From Actinomycetota bacterium (GTDB lineage Bacteria; Actinomycetota; Acidimicrobiia; Acidimicrobiales; Ilumatobacteraceae): DNA of 64,000 bases. Below, one piece after another: positions 48,561 through 57,457 of the stretch (its first letter is position 1; each line of letters starts with the position of its first letter). Location of the stretch: positions 56,440 to 120,439 of the forward strand of contig JBEBCD010000057.1 in assembly GCA_041158045.1 (NCBI GenBank), read 5' to 3'. Position numbers and translations under genes: made by a program. The notes beneath the pieces are model-generated. The model was given only the letters and a program-made list of their open reading frames with translations, was not told the origin of the DNA and ran no database searches.

Positions 48561-48878
48561 ATGCCACGGCCGCCCGCGCTCACGGATGAGCAGCGTCGGC
48601 GCGCGATCGACAAGGCCCGGGAGGTCCGCGCGGCCATGTCGCGGGCCCGCGCCGAGCTCGCGACGGGGGCGATGTCGCTCGCGCGGGCGCTCGAGCCCCG
48701 CGAGCCCGCCGATCCGGTGGCGCGCCTCTACGTGGTGAAGGTGCTCGAGTCGCTCCCGGGCGTCGGCAAGGTCTCGGCACGCCGGGCCCTCGAGGAGCTC
48801 GGCATCGGCGAGCGCCGACGGGTCTCGACCCTCGGGCCGCAGCAGCGCGCGGCGCTCGTCGCGAGGTTCCCCGCGTGA
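48561..48878 (+). CDS. mihF: Actinobacterial integration host factor mIHF
   Basis: 105 aa. LTDEQRRRAIDKAREVRA, VVKVLESLPGVGKVSARRALEELGI. Conserved position before gmk-rpoZ. Confidence 0.8.
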   Translation: MPRPPALTDEQRRRAIDKAREVRAAMSRARAELATGAMSLARALEPREPADPVARLYVVKVLESLPGVGKVSARRALEELGIGERRRVSTLGPQQRAALVARFPA

Positions 48879-49426
48879 GCCTCACCGTCGTCGTGTCGGG
48901 CCCGGGCGGGGTCGGCAAGAGCACGATCGTCGAGCGGCTCGTCGCGGCCGACCCCGTGCTGTGGCTCAGCCGGTCCTGGACGACGCGGGCGCGCCGCGAC
49001 GGGGAGCCCGCGGACGCCTACCACTTCGTCTCGCGCGCCGAGTTCGAGCGGCACATCGAGGCCGGTGGCTTCCTCGAGTGGACCGACTTCCTCGGCAACT
49101 ACTACGGCACGCCCATCCCGGCCCCGCCCGCCGGACGCGACATCGTGCTCGAGATCGAGGTCGACGGCGCCCGCCAGGTGAAGGCGATCGACCCGTCGGC
49201 GATCCTCATCTTCGTGCTCCCGCCCTCGCGCGAGGAGCAGCGCGCGCGCCTGCGCGGCCGGGGCGACGCGGACCAGAAGGTCGAGCAGCGGGTGCGCAAG
49301 GCGGAGGAGGAGGAGCCCGTGGGACGGGCCCTCGCGGACCACGTGCTCGTCAACGACGACCTGGACGCCACGATCGCCCGCATGGCGGCGATCGTCGTCG
49401 CGGCGCGCGCGGCCCGCGGCGCCTGA
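48875..49426 (+). CDS. gmk: Guanylate kinase
   Basis: GTGA overlap with mihF. P-loop SGPGGVGKST. TTRARRDGE, YHFVSRAEFE, NYYGTP. Confidence 0.9.
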   Translation: MSLTVVVSGPGGVGKSTIVERLVAADPVLWLSRSWTTRARRDGEPADAYHFVSRAEFERHIEAGGFLEWTDFLGNYYGTPIPAPPAGRDIVLEIEVDGARQVKAIDPSAILIFVLPPSREEQRARLRGRGDADQKVEQRVRKAEEEEPVGRALADHVLVNDDLDATIARMAAIVVAARAARGA

Positions 49427-49456
49427 GCCACCCCTCGCACCGCGCCGGCGGCCCGA

Positions 49457-49462
49457 TAGGCT
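49457..49462 (+). promoter_or_regulatory. -10-like hexamer TAGGCT, 8 nt upstream of rpoZ GTG
   Basis: Intergenic. No SD. Supports the longer rpoZ start at 49471. Confidence 0.4.
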
Positions 49463-49470
49463 CCAGCGCC

Positions 49471-49800
49471 GTGCTGAAGCCCGCGATCGAGAACCTCATG
49501 GACAAGACGGCCTCCAAGTTCGCCCTCGTGACCCTCGCGTCGCGCCGGGCCCGCGAGATCAACGCGTACTTCAACCAGCTGGGCGAGGGCCTCGGCAACA
49601 TGGTGCCGCCGCAGGTCAGCAGCACCGCCGTGAAGCCCCTCACCATCAGCTTCGAGGAGATCTCCGCCGGCAAGATCAAGATGATCCCGAAGACGCTCGA
49701 GGAGATCGAGGCCGAGGCCGCGCGCCTCGCCGCGGAGGCGGAGGCCGCCGAGGCCCAGGCCGCCGCGGACGCCGCCACGGAAGTCGCCGGCGACGCCTGA
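49471..49800 (+). CDS. rpoZ: DNA-directed RNA polymerase subunit omega
   Basis: GTG at 49471. KFALVTLASRRAREIN signature. Ala/Glu-rich C-terminal tail. Confidence 0.85.
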   Translation: MLKPAIENLMDKTASKFALVTLASRRAREINAYFNQLGEGLGNMVPPQVSSTAVKPLTISFEEISAGKIKMIPKTLEEIEAEAARLAAEAEAAEAQAAADAATEVAGDA

Positions 49801-49849
49801 GCCCGTCCGGGCGCGGCGAGCCGTCGAGGGTGTCGTCGGGGGTCCCGTC

Positions 49850-51115
49850 GTGAGCACGCTCGCCGGTCGCCACATCGTCCTCGGCGTCTCCGGGGGCATC
49901 GCGGCCTACAAGTCCGTCGAGCTCTGCCGCCGCCTCGTCGAGGCGGGCGCGCACGTGGCGCCCGTGATGACGCCGGACGCGCGGCGGTTCATCGGCGAGG
50001 TCACCCTGTCCGCGCTCGCGTCCGAGCCCGTGCACACGAGCCTCTGGGACGACGACGAGCCGATCCCGCACACCGTGCTCGGCCAGCGGGCGGACCTCGT
50101 GGTCGTGGCGCCCGCGACGGCGCGCGTGATCGCGGCCTACGCGGCCGGGCTCTCCTCCGACCTGCTCGTGGCGACGCTCCTCGCGACGCGGGCGCCGGTG
50201 CTCGTGTGCCCCGCGATGCACACCGAGATGTGGGAGCACCCCAGCACGCGGGACAACCTCGCGACCCTGCGCCGACGCGGGGTGCACGTGCTCGAGCCCG
50301 AGTCGGGCCGCCTCGCCGGCGGCGACGTCGGCACCGGGCGTCTCGCCGACCCCGGCCGCATCGCCGCCGAGATCGAGCGCATCCTCTCGCCGGGCGACCT
50401 CGACGGGACGCGGGTCGTCGTGACCGCGGGCGGCACGCGCGAGCCGATCGACGCGGTGCGCGTGGTGACCAACCGCTCGAGCGGCCGACAGGGCCACGCG
50501 CTCGCCGAGGAGGCCGTCGCGCGCGGCGCCAAGGTGACCCTCGTGACGACCGCGGCGCTGCCCGCCCCCGCGACGGCCGAGGTGGTGCGCGTCGAGACCG
50601 CGGCGCAGATGCTCGCCGCGGTGCGCGCGGCGATGCGCGACGCCGACGTGCTCGTGATGGCCGCCGCGGTGGCCGACGTCCGCCCCGCGGACGCCGCGGG
50701 CGGCAAGCTCCACAAGGATCCGTCGACCGGACGGATCGCGGCCCTCGACGCGCTGCGGATGGAGCCCACCGTGGACGTGCTCGCCGACGCCGCGACGTCG
50801 CGCCGACCGGGCCAGGTGCTCGTCGGGTTCGCCGCCGAGACGCCCGGGGACGCGTCGACGCTCGCGGACCTCGCGCGGGCCAAGCTCGCGCGCAAGGGCG
50901 TCGATCTCGTGGTGGCCAACGACGTCTCGCGTGCCGACGCCGGCTTCGAGGTCGCCACCAACGAGGTGGTGATCGTGTCCGCGGGCGGGGCGACGCACGT
51001 CGCGCGCCGCGACAAGCGCGCGATCGCGGCCGCCGTGTGGGATAGCGTGTCGGCGGTCCGCCGCGGCGCGGACCCGCACCAGACCCGACCCGACCCCGAC
51101 GGGGGAGCACGATGA
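49850..51115 (+). CDS. coaBC: Bifunctional phosphopantothenoylcysteine decarboxylase / phosphopantothenate--cysteine ligase
   Basis: 421 aa. [48 protein letters not shown]. Confidence 0.9.
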   Translation: MSTLAGRHIVLGVSGGIAAYKSVELCRRLVEAGAHVAPVMTPDARRFIGEVTLSALASEPVHTSLWDDDEPIPHTVLGQRADLVVVAPATARVIAAYAAGLSSDLLVATLLATRAPVLVCPAMHTEMWEHPSTRDNLATLRRRGVHVLEPESGRLAGGDVGTGRLADPGRIAAEIERILSPGDLDGTRVVVTAGGTREPIDAVRVVTNRSSGRQGHALAEEAVARGAKVTLVTTAALPAPATAEVVRVETAAQMLAAVRAAMRDADVLVMAAAVADVRPADAAGGKLHKDPSTGRIAALDALRMEPTVDVLADAATSRRPGQVLVGFAAETPGDASTLADLARAKLARKGVDLVVANDVSRADAGFEVATNEVVIVSAGGATHVARRDKRAIAAAVWDSVSAVRRGADPHQTRPDPDGGAR

Positions 51116-52302
51116 GCGCCTACACCTTCACCTCCGAGAGCGTCACCGAGGGCCACCCCGACAAGATGGCCGACCAGATCTCCGACGCGGTCCTCGACGC
51201 GATCCTCGACGAGGACCCCGACGGCCGCGTGGCCTGCGAGACGCTCCTCACCACCGGGCTCTGCGTCGTCGCCGGCGAGATCACGACCGCCGCCTACGTC
51301 GACATCCCGCGCATCGCGCGCTCGGTCATCACCTCCATCGGCTACGACAACGCCCAGTACGGCTTCGACGGCAACACCTGCGGCGTCATCGTCAGCATCG
51401 ACGAGCAGAGCCCCGACATCGCCCAGGGCGTCGACAAGAGCGAGGAGCAGCGCGGCACCGGCGCCGCCGACCCGCTCGACACGCAGGGTGCGGGCGACCA
51501 GGGGATGATGTTCGGCTACGCCTGCGACGAGACCGAGGCGCTCATGCCGCTGCCCATCTGGCTCGCGCACCGCCTCGCGGAGCGCCTCGCCGACGTGCGC
51601 AAGTCGGGTGCGATCCCGTACCTGCGCCCCGACGGCAAGACCCAGGTGACCTTCGACTACGAGGACGGCCGGCCGGTGCGCCTGCGCACGGTGCTCATCT
51701 CCACCCAGCACGCCGACGGCATCAACCGCGACACGGTCATCCGGCCCGACCTCATCGAGCAGGTCGTGCGCCCGACGATCCCCGACGCCTTCGCGGGCGA
51801 CGACTACGCGGTCTACGTCAACCCGACCGGGGAGTTCGTCAAGGGCGGGCCGCACGCCGACACCGGCCTCACCGGCCGCAAGATCATCGTCGACACCTAC
51901 GGCGGCATGGGCCGCCACGGAGGTGGCGCGTTCTCCGGCAAGGACCCGTCCAAGGTCGACCGCAGCGCCGCCTACGCCGCACGGTGGGTGGCCAAGCACG
52001 TGGTCGCGGCCGGGGCCGCGACGCGCTGCGAGGTGCAGGTGGCGTACGCGATCGGCATGTCCAGGCCGATCAGCGTGCTCGTCGAGACCTTCGGCACGCA
52101 GACCGTGGCGCCCGAGCGCATCGTCGACGCGGTCAACGCGACGTTCGACCTGCGACCCGCCGCGATCATCCGCGACCTCGAGCTCAAGCGCCCGATCTAC
52201 CGCCGCACCGCCGCGTACGGACACTTCGGGCGCACGGGCGACACCTTCACGTGGGAGCGACTGTCGCGCCTCGACGCGCTCCGGGCGGCGCTCGGGCGCT
52301 GA
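51112..52302 (+). CDS. metK: S-adenosylmethionine synthase
   Basis: 396 aa. ATGA overlap with coa[46 protein letters not shown]. Confidence 0.97.
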   Translation: MSAYTFTSESVTEGHPDKMADQISDAVLDAILDEDPDGRVACETLLTTGLCVVAGEITTAAYVDIPRIARSVITSIGYDNAQYGFDGNTCGVIVSIDEQSPDIAQGVDKSEEQRGTGAADPLDTQGAGDQGMMFGYACDETEALMPLPIWLAHRLAERLADVRKSGAIPYLRPDGKTQVTFDYEDGRPVRLRTVLISTQHADGINRDTVIRPDLIEQVVRPTIPDAFAGDDYAVYVNPTGEFVKGGPHADTGLTGRKIIVDTYGGMGRHGGGAFSGKDPSKVDRSAAYAARWVAKHVVAAGAATRCEVQVAYAIGMSRPISVLVETFGTQTVAPERIVDAVNATFDLRPAAIIRDLELKRPIYRRTAAYGHFGRTGDTFTWERLSRLDALRAALGR

Positions 52303-52312
52303 GGCGTCCATC

Positions 52313-54052
52313 GTGCGCGCGGTGAGCCGCGTCGCGCGCGTCGTGCCCGACGTGACGGGCGTCGACAAGGCGTTCGACTACCTCGTCCCCGACGAGCTCG
52401 CGGACGCGGTGCGCCCCGGCGTGCGGGTGCGCGTGCCACTGCACGGTCGCAACGTCGGCGGCTGGGTGGTGCACGTCGCCGACCGCGACCCGGACGTGCC
52501 CGTCGCCCGCATGCGGCGCATCGCCAAGGTGCTCGGCCTCGGCGCGACGCCCGACCTCGTGGAGCTCGCGGAGTGGGCGACGCGGCGCTGGGCCGGTCGT
52601 CCCCGCGCCTTCCTCGCGGCGGCGGCGCCCAAGACGCTCGTCACCTCGCTGCCCCCGCCGCGCCACTTGTCGCGGATCACCCGCCACGTCGCGCCCGAGG
52701 TCGACGCGCTCCTCGCGCGGGGCGGCGGGCTGCTGCGGGTCGGGCCCCGCTTCGACCTCGCCCCCGTGCTCGCCGCCCTCGCGTACCAGGGGCCGTCGCT
52801 CGTCGTCGTGCCGACGCAGCAGGCGGCGCGGACCCACGCGGCCACGCTCCGCGCCCGCGGCTACCACGTCGCGCCGTGGCCCGAGCAGTGGGCGGCCGCC
52901 CGCGCGGGCGCCGACGTGGTGATCGGCACGCGCAGCGCGGCCTGGGCACCGATCGACGACCTGCGCCTCGTCGTGGTCGTCGACGAGCACGACGACGTGC
53001 TCCAGGAGGAGCGCGCGCCCACGTGGCACGCCCGCGACGTCGCCATCGAGCGGGCCCGGCGACTCGGGGTCCCCTGCGTGCTCGTGGGCCCCACCCCGTC
53101 GGTCGCGGCGCGCGAGTGGGCGGGCGACCGGGTCGCCCGCATCGGCGCCGCGACGGGGGACTGGCCGGAGGTCCGCGTCGTCGATCGCTCGACGGCGGAC
53201 GGCTGGACGACCTCGCTCGTCACCGCGGAGCTCACGTCCCAGCTCCGCGACCGGTCGCGCCGCGTCGTGTGCGTGCTCAACGTGGCGGACCGCTCCGCGC
53301 TCAGCGCCTGCGGGGCGTGCCGCACGATCCTGCGCTGCGAGACGTGCGAGGCCGCCGTGGCGCACGCCGCGGAGGGCGACCTCGAGTGCCGCCGCTGCGG
53401 CACCCGTCGCCCGGTCGTCTGCCAGTCGTGCGGCGCGAGCGCGGTGGCGGACCTGCGGCCCGGGGTGGCGCGCCTGCGCCGCGAGCTGGAGATCGCCGCG
53501 CGCCGGCCCGTGGCGGCGGTGACGGCGTCGACCCGCTCGGTCGACGAGCGCTGCGACGTCTTCATCGGCACCGAGGCCGTGCTGCACCGGGTGCGCCACG
53601 CCGACACCGTCGCGTTCCTCGACGCCGATGCCGAGATCCTCGCGCCCCGTTACCGCGCGGGGGAGATCGCGCTCGGCCTCTTCGTCCACGCCGCCCGCCT
53701 CGTGGCGGGCGCCCCGTCGCCGCTCATCCTCGCCCAGACGCTCGTGCCGTCCCACCCGCTGCTCGCGGGGCTCGCCGCCGGCGACCCCGACCCCGCGGTG
53801 GAGGCCGATCGCGCGCGGCGGCGCGAGCTCGGGTTCCCCCCGTTCGGCGCGATCGCCGCCGTGCACGGCCAGGGCACGCGCGCCTGGCTGGAGCGCATCG
53901 GCGACTCGCTGCACGTGCGCGTGGCCGTGGTGGACGCGCAGCACGGCATGGTGCGCGCGGGCGGCTGGGGCGAGCTCGGTCGCGCGATGCTCGAGACGCC
54001 GCGCCCGCCGCGCTCGCGCATCGTCGTGCACGTCGATCCGCCGCGGGTCTGA
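52313..54052 (+). CDS. priA: Primosomal protein N' (PriA) family protein lacking a recognisable Walker A motif
   Basis: GTG at 52313. N-terminal 3'-DNA-binding-like VDKAFDYLVP...VRVPLHGR. Walker B-like VVVDEHDD. Four CxxC pairs (CGAC..CETC..CRRC..CQSC). The position where GxGKT is expected reads VGPRFDLAP. Confidence 0.8.
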   Translation: MRAVSRVARVVPDVTGVDKAFDYLVPDELADAVRPGVRVRVPLHGRNVGGWVVHVADRDPDVPVARMRRIAKVLGLGATPDLVELAEWATRRWAGRPRAFLAAAAPKTLVTSLPPPRHLSRITRHVAPEVDALLARGGGLLRVGPRFDLAPVLAALAYQGPSLVVVPTQQAARTHAATLRARGYHVAPWPEQWAAARAGADVVIGTRSAAWAPIDDLRLVVVVDEHDDVLQEERAPTWHARDVAIERARRLGVPCVLVGPTPSVAAREWAGDRVARIGAATGDWPEVRVVDRSTADGWTTSLVTAELTSQLRDRSRRVVCVLNVADRSALSACGACRTILRCETCEAAVAHAAEGDLECRRCGTRRPVVCQSCGASAVADLRPGVARLRRELEIAARRPVAAVTASTRSVDERCDVFIGTEAVLHRVRHADTVAFLDADAEILAPRYRAGEIALGLFVHAARLVAGAPSPLILAQTLVPSHPLLAGLAAGDPDPAVEADRARRRELGFPPFGAIAAVHGQGTRAWLERIGDSLHVRVAVVDAQHGMVRAGGWGELGRAMLETPRPPRSRIVVHVDPPRV

Positions 54053-54095
54053 CGCGCGCGCGAGCACGGTCGGCCGTCGGCGCCGGCGCCGCTCG

Positions 54096-54101
54096 TAGGC
54101 T
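54096..54101 (+). promoter_or_regulatory. -10-like hexamer TAGGCT, 7 nt upstream of def GTG
   Basis: Intergenic. No SD. Confidence 0.4.
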
Positions 54102-54108
54102 CGGGGAC

Positions 54109-54657
54109 GTGTCGTACGAGATCCGCACCTTCGGCGACCCGGTGCTGAAGGCCGCCGCCGCGGAGGTCACGGACATCGACGGGGGCATCGCGCGCCTCGC
54201 CGACGAGATGCTCGAGGTCATGTACGCCGCCCCGGGGCTGGGCCTCGCCGCCACGCAGATCGGGGTGCAGAAGCAGGTGTTCGTCTACGACCTCGCCTCC
54301 GCCGACGACGACGCGGACGCCACCCCGGATCCGCGGGTGCTGCTCAACCCGACGATCGTCGAGGCCCGCGGCGAGTGGGTCTACGACGAGGGCTGCCTCT
54401 CGATCCCCGGGCTCTCCGTCGAGATCGTGCGGCCGCGCGAGGTGCTCGTGCGCGGCGTCGACCTCGACGGCAACGAGGTGGAGATCGAGGCCGACGACCT
54501 CCTCGCCCGCCTCTTCCAGCACGAGGTCGACCACCTGCGCGGGGTCCTCATGTTCGAGCGCATGACGCCCGAGCAGCGCAAGGAGGCGCTCGCGGCGTGG
54601 CGCCGGCGCGAGGAGCTCGGCCCGCGGGCCGCCCCCGCCCACGTGCGCATCGGGTGA
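54109..54657 (+). CDS. def: Peptide deformylase
   Basis: GTG at 54109. GLGLAATQIG, EGCLSIPG, HEVDHL. Confidence 0.9.
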   Translation: MSYEIRTFGDPVLKAAAAEVTDIDGGIARLADEMLEVMYAAPGLGLAATQIGVQKQVFVYDLASADDDADATPDPRVLLNPTIVEARGEWVYDEGCLSIPGLSVEIVRPREVLVRGVDLDGNEVEIEADDLLARLFQHEVDHLRGVLMFERMTPEQRKEALAAWRRREELGPRAAPAHVRIG

Positions 54658-55595
54658 CGGCGCTCGCCGCCTTCCCCCGCGGCGGGACCCGCCGCATCGT
54701 CTACCTCGGCACGCCCGAGCTCGCGGTCGCGCCGCTCGACGCACTCCTCGCGGCGGGCGTCGAGGTGGCGCTCGTGGTGACGCGCCCCGACGTGCGGCGC
54801 GGTCGCGGGTCGGCGACGACCCCGAGCCCGGTCAAGGCGCGCGCGCTCGCGCGCGGCATCCCAGTCACGTCCGACGTCCACGACGTCCTCGGCCTCGCCG
54901 ACGCGGGACCGATCGCGGGCGTGGTCGTGGCGTTCGGCGAGCGCATCCCCGACGAGGTCCTCGCGAGGGTCCCGATGCTCAACCTGCACTTCTCCCTGCT
55001 GCCGCGCTGGCGCGGCGCGGCGCCGGTGGAGCGGGCGATCCTCGCCGGCGACGCCGAGACCGGGGCGTGCGTGATGTCGGTGGTCCCCGAGATGGACGCG
55101 GGGCCCGTGCACGCATCGGCGCGCACGGCGATCGGGCCGGGGGACACGACGGAGTCCCTGCGGTCCCGCCTCCTCGCGCTCGGCGTGCCGCTGCTCGTCG
55201 CGGCGGTGCGCGACGGGGTGGGGGAGGGCGAGCCCCAGCGGGGCGCGCCGGTGCACGCGGCCAAGATCCGCGCCGCCGACCTGCGCCTCGACTGGTCGCG
55301 CCCCGCGGTGGAGCTCGCGCGCGTGGTGCGCGTCGGCGGGGCGTACGCGACGCTCCCCTCGGGCGCGCGCCTGGGGGTGCGCTCGGCGTCGGCCGGCGCC
55401 GTCGACGCCGCGATGCGCGACGCGGCGCCCGGCACGCTCGGCGTCGGCACCGTCGACGGCGGCGACGCGATCCTCGTGCGGGTGGGCGACGGCGTGCTCG
55501 CGCTGCGCGAGGTGCAGCCGGAGGGTCGCGGCGCGATGGACGCGGGGGCCTGGTGGCGGGGCGCGCGCCTCGCGCCCGGCGACCGACTCGGCTAG
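54654..55595 (+). CDS. fmt: Methionyl-tRNA formyltransferase
   Basis: GTGA overlap with def. IVYLGTPE, NLHFSLLPRWRGAAPVERAI, C-terminal domain. Confidence 0.9.
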   Translation: MTALAAFPRGGTRRIVYLGTPELAVAPLDALLAAGVEVALVVTRPDVRRGRGSATTPSPVKARALARGIPVTSDVHDVLGLADAGPIAGVVVAFGERIPDEVLARVPMLNLHFSLLPRWRGAAPVERAILAGDAETGACVMSVVPEMDAGPVHASARTAIGPGDTTESLRSRLLALGVPLLVAAVRDGVGEGEPQRGAPVHAAKIRAADLRLDWSRPAVELARVVRVGGAYATLPSGARLGVRSASAGAVDAAMRDAAPGTLGVGTVDGGDAILVRVGDGVLALREVQPEGRGAMDAGAWWRGARLAPGDRLG

Positions 55596-55605
55596 GCGCC
55601 CGGCC

Positions 55606-55959
55606 TCAGCGTCGCTCCGCGGCGGCCGCGCCGCCCGAGCCGGAGATGCGCACGAACGCGAGGCGGATCTGGGCGAGCGCGTCGCGCAGCGTCGGCGCGG
55701 CCTCGCCGATCCGGTCGCCGAGGCCGTCCACGAGGGCGCTCAGTGCGTCGATCGCGAGCCCGGCCTGGGGGATCCGCGGCGGCGTCGCGGAGAGGTGGAT
55801 GGCGGCGAGCTCGTAGAGGCCCATCGCGTGGTTGGCCACCACGACCTCCGCGGGGGCCTCGCCCAGGCGTTCGCGTGCCTCGGCGATCGCGCGCTCCATC
55901 GCGGTGTCATCGGACGTGTCGTCGGGGACCATCGCCGCTAGCATGGCGACTCGCGTCAT
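55606..55959 (-). CDS. DUF1844-like small acidic protein (start uncertain; alternative ATG at 55932)
   Basis: Only the C-terminal 117 codons of the listed 368-aa ORF look protein-like (EVVVANHAMGLYELAAIHLS...AGLAIDALSALV...LAQIRLAFV). Divergent from infC, as I recall for DUF1844 genes in Streptomyces. Confidence 0.6.
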   Translation of the reverse strand: MTRVAMLAAMVPDDTSDDTAMERAIAEARERLGEAPAEVVVANHAMGLYELAAIHLSATPPRIPQAGLAIDALSALVDGLGDRIGEAAPTLRDALAQIRLAFVRISGSGGAAAAERR

Positions 55960-56038
55960 CGACCACAAGTCGGCGGCGCTCGCGAAAGTCGGGCGGAGAC
56001 GCCCCACCTCGCCACCACCAGACCGGACCCGTCCGGCG

Positions 56039-56054
56039 GACCGCTTCGGCGGTC
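56039..56054 (+). other. Predicted RNA hairpin GACCGC-UUCG-GCGGUC (cUUCGg tetraloop) upstream of infC
   Basis: Perfect 6-bp stem closing a UUCG loop with a C-G closing pair, read directly from the sequence. Function unknown. Confidence 0.3.
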
Positions 56055-56098
56055 GGTGAGTGCGTCCAGGTCGCGGCGTGCGGGCAGGGCCCGCCGCT

Positions 56099-56119
56099 CC
56101 GGCTCGGCGCGCGAGCCGG
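56099..56119 (+). other. Predicted RNA hairpin CCGGCUCG-GCGCG-CGAGCCGG upstream of infC
   Basis: Perfect 8-bp GC-rich stem with a 5-nt loop, read directly. No U-tract, so not a canonical intrinsic terminator. Confidence 0.3.
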
Positions 56120-56184
56120 CCCCGGGTCGATCCCCGCGACATCGACACGAGGAGGCACCGCCGCTTGACCAGCAGTGACCAGTC

Positions 56185-56799
56185 ATAACGACGCCGACGA
56201 ACGAGCCGCGCTACAACGACCGGATCCGCGCCCCGAAGGTGCGCCTGGTGGACGCCGACGGCTCGCAGGTGGGCATCGTCACCCTCGAGGCGGCACTGGA
56301 TCGGGCCCGCAAGGCCGATCTCGACCTCGTCGAGGTCGCGCCCCTCGCGGAGCCGCCCGTGTGCCGGATCATGGACTACGGGAAGTTCCGCTACGAGGAG
56401 GCGCAGCGACTCAAGGAGTCGCGCAAGAAGACGGTGCAGATCACCATGAAGGAGGTCAAGTTCAAGCCGAAGATCGCCAAGGGCGACTTCGACACGAAGG
56501 TGCGCCACATGCTCGAGTTCCTGGAGGAGGGTCACAAGGTGAAGGTGACGCTCCAGTTCCGGGGACGCGAGGTGGCACACCCCGAGCTCGGCACCAAGAT
56601 CCTCGACGCGGTCCTCGAACAACTCGGGCCCGTGGCGCGGATCGACACCTCGGCGCGACTCGAGGGTCGCAGCATGACCATGGTCCTCTCGCCGGAGCGC
56701 AAGCCCCCGCAACGCAAGCCGCAGGCGTCCGCCGCTCCCGAGGCCGCGCCATCCGCCCCATCCAGCCCATCCACCCCGACCACCCGCCAGGAGACGTGA
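56185..56799 (+). CDS. infC: Translation initiation factor IF-3 (probable non-AUG start, ATA at 56185)
   Basis: The frame is open from 56179. The conserved N-terminal motif EPRYNDRIRAPKVRLVD lies upstream of the listed GTG (56239). The only start-like codon after the in-frame TGA (56176-56178) is ATA. PPVCRIMDYGKFRYE, FRGRE. Pro/Ser/Thr/Ala-rich tail. Confidence 0.85.
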   Translation: MTTPTNEPRYNDRIRAPKVRLVDADGSQVGIVTLEAALDRARKADLDLVEVAPLAEPPVCRIMDYGKFRYEEAQRLKESRKKTVQITMKEVKFKPKIAKGDFDTKVRHMLEFLEEGHKVKVTLQFRGREVAHPELGTKILDAVLEQLGPVARIDTSARLEGRSMTMVLSPERKPPQRKPQASAAPEAAPSAPSSPSTPTTRQET

Positions 56800-56801
56800 C
56801 C

Positions 56802-56999
56802 ATGCCGAAGATGAAGACCTCCAAGACCGCCGCGAAGCGCTTCCGCAAGACCGGCAAGGGCAAGCTGCGCCGTCAGCAGGCGATGCGCCAGCACCTCTTC
56901 GAGCACAAGCCGAGCACCCGCACGCGCCGCCTCGACGGCACGGTCGACGTGCACCCCGGCGACGCCCGCAAGATCAAGCGCCTCCTCGCCGAGCGCTGA
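56802..56999 (+). CDS. rpmI: 50S ribosomal protein L35
   Basis: ATG at 56802. MPKMKTSKTAAKRFRKTGKGKLRR. AGGAGA SD inside the infC 3' end. Confidence 0.95.
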   Translation: MPKMKTSKTAAKRFRKTGKGKLRRQQAMRQHLFEHKPSTRTRRLDGTVDVHPGDARKIKRLLAER

Positions 57000-57005
57000 T
57001 CGCCG

Positions 57006-57054
57006 CCCACCCATCCGCACCGACCCACCCGCACCCACCCACCCAGACCCACCC
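57006..57054 (+). repeat. C-rich tract with five CCCACCC heptamers in the rpmI-rplT intergenic region
   Basis: CCCACCC at 57006, 57024, 57034, 57038 and 57048. Nine CCC runs and only six G in 57001-57054. Ends 3 nt before the rplT GGAGG. Confidence 0.9.
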
Positions 57055-57068
57055 GACGGAGGCACCAC

Positions 57069-57425
57069 ATGGCACGAGTCAAGCGATCCACCCACGCGCG
57101 CAAGAAGCACCGCGCCGTCCTCGAGAAGGCCAAGGGCTACTACGGCGACCGCAGCCGCACGTTCCGCTCGGCCAACGAGCAGGTCATGCACTCGGGGCAG
57201 TACGCCTTCCACCACCGCCGCGCCAAGAAGGGCGAGTTCCGCAGCCTCTGGATCCAGCGCATCAACGCGGGCTGCCGCGAGCACGGCTTCACCTACAGCC
57301 GCCTCATCGCGGGCCTCGACGCCGCCGGCGTGCGGGTGGATCGCAAGATCCTCGCCGACCTCGCGGTGCACGACGCGGCCGCGTTCGCGAAGCTCGTGGA
57401 GACCGCGAGGGGCGCGCTCGTCTGA
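57069..57425 (+). CDS. rplT: 50S ribosomal protein L20
   Basis: 118 aa. [31 protein letters not shown] 6 nt upstream. Confidence 0.95.
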   Translation: MARVKRSTHARKKHRAVLEKAKGYYGDRSRTFRSANEQVMHSGQYAFHHRRAKKGEFRSLWIQRINAGCREHGFTYSRLIAGLDAAGVRVDRKILADLAVHDAAAFAKLVETARGALV

Positions 57426-57457
57426 CGCACGCCCCGCTCGCGCTCCGCAACGAGCGG

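Noticed and set aside
51112-51115. A SAM riboswitch or other leader upstream of metK, and T-box leaders upstream of thrS, hisS, aspS, alaS and pheS
   Set aside because: metK overlaps coaBC by 4 nt, and the tRNA ligase genes are preceded by gaps of 1-12 nt or by overlaps, so there is no space for such leaders.
56239-56241. GTG at 56239 as the infC start, as in the ORF track
   Set aside because: It would remove the conserved N-terminal EPRYNDRIRAPKV segment, which is encoded in frame immediately upstream. IF-3 genes are known to use rare non-AUG starts.
55606-56712. A 368-aa minus-strand ORF covering the infC upstream region and part of infC
   Set aside because: Only the C-terminal roughly 117 codons (55606-55959) resemble a real protein (DUF1844-like). 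The N-terminal part is antisense to infC and to the leader and is low complexity.
56745-56799. C-rich CCATCC/CCACCC-like repeats at the 3' end of infC as a separate repeat element
   Set aside because: They are in frame and encode the Pro/Ser/Thr/Ala-rich C-terminal tail of IF-3. They are noted only as context for the non-coding CCCACCC tract downstream.
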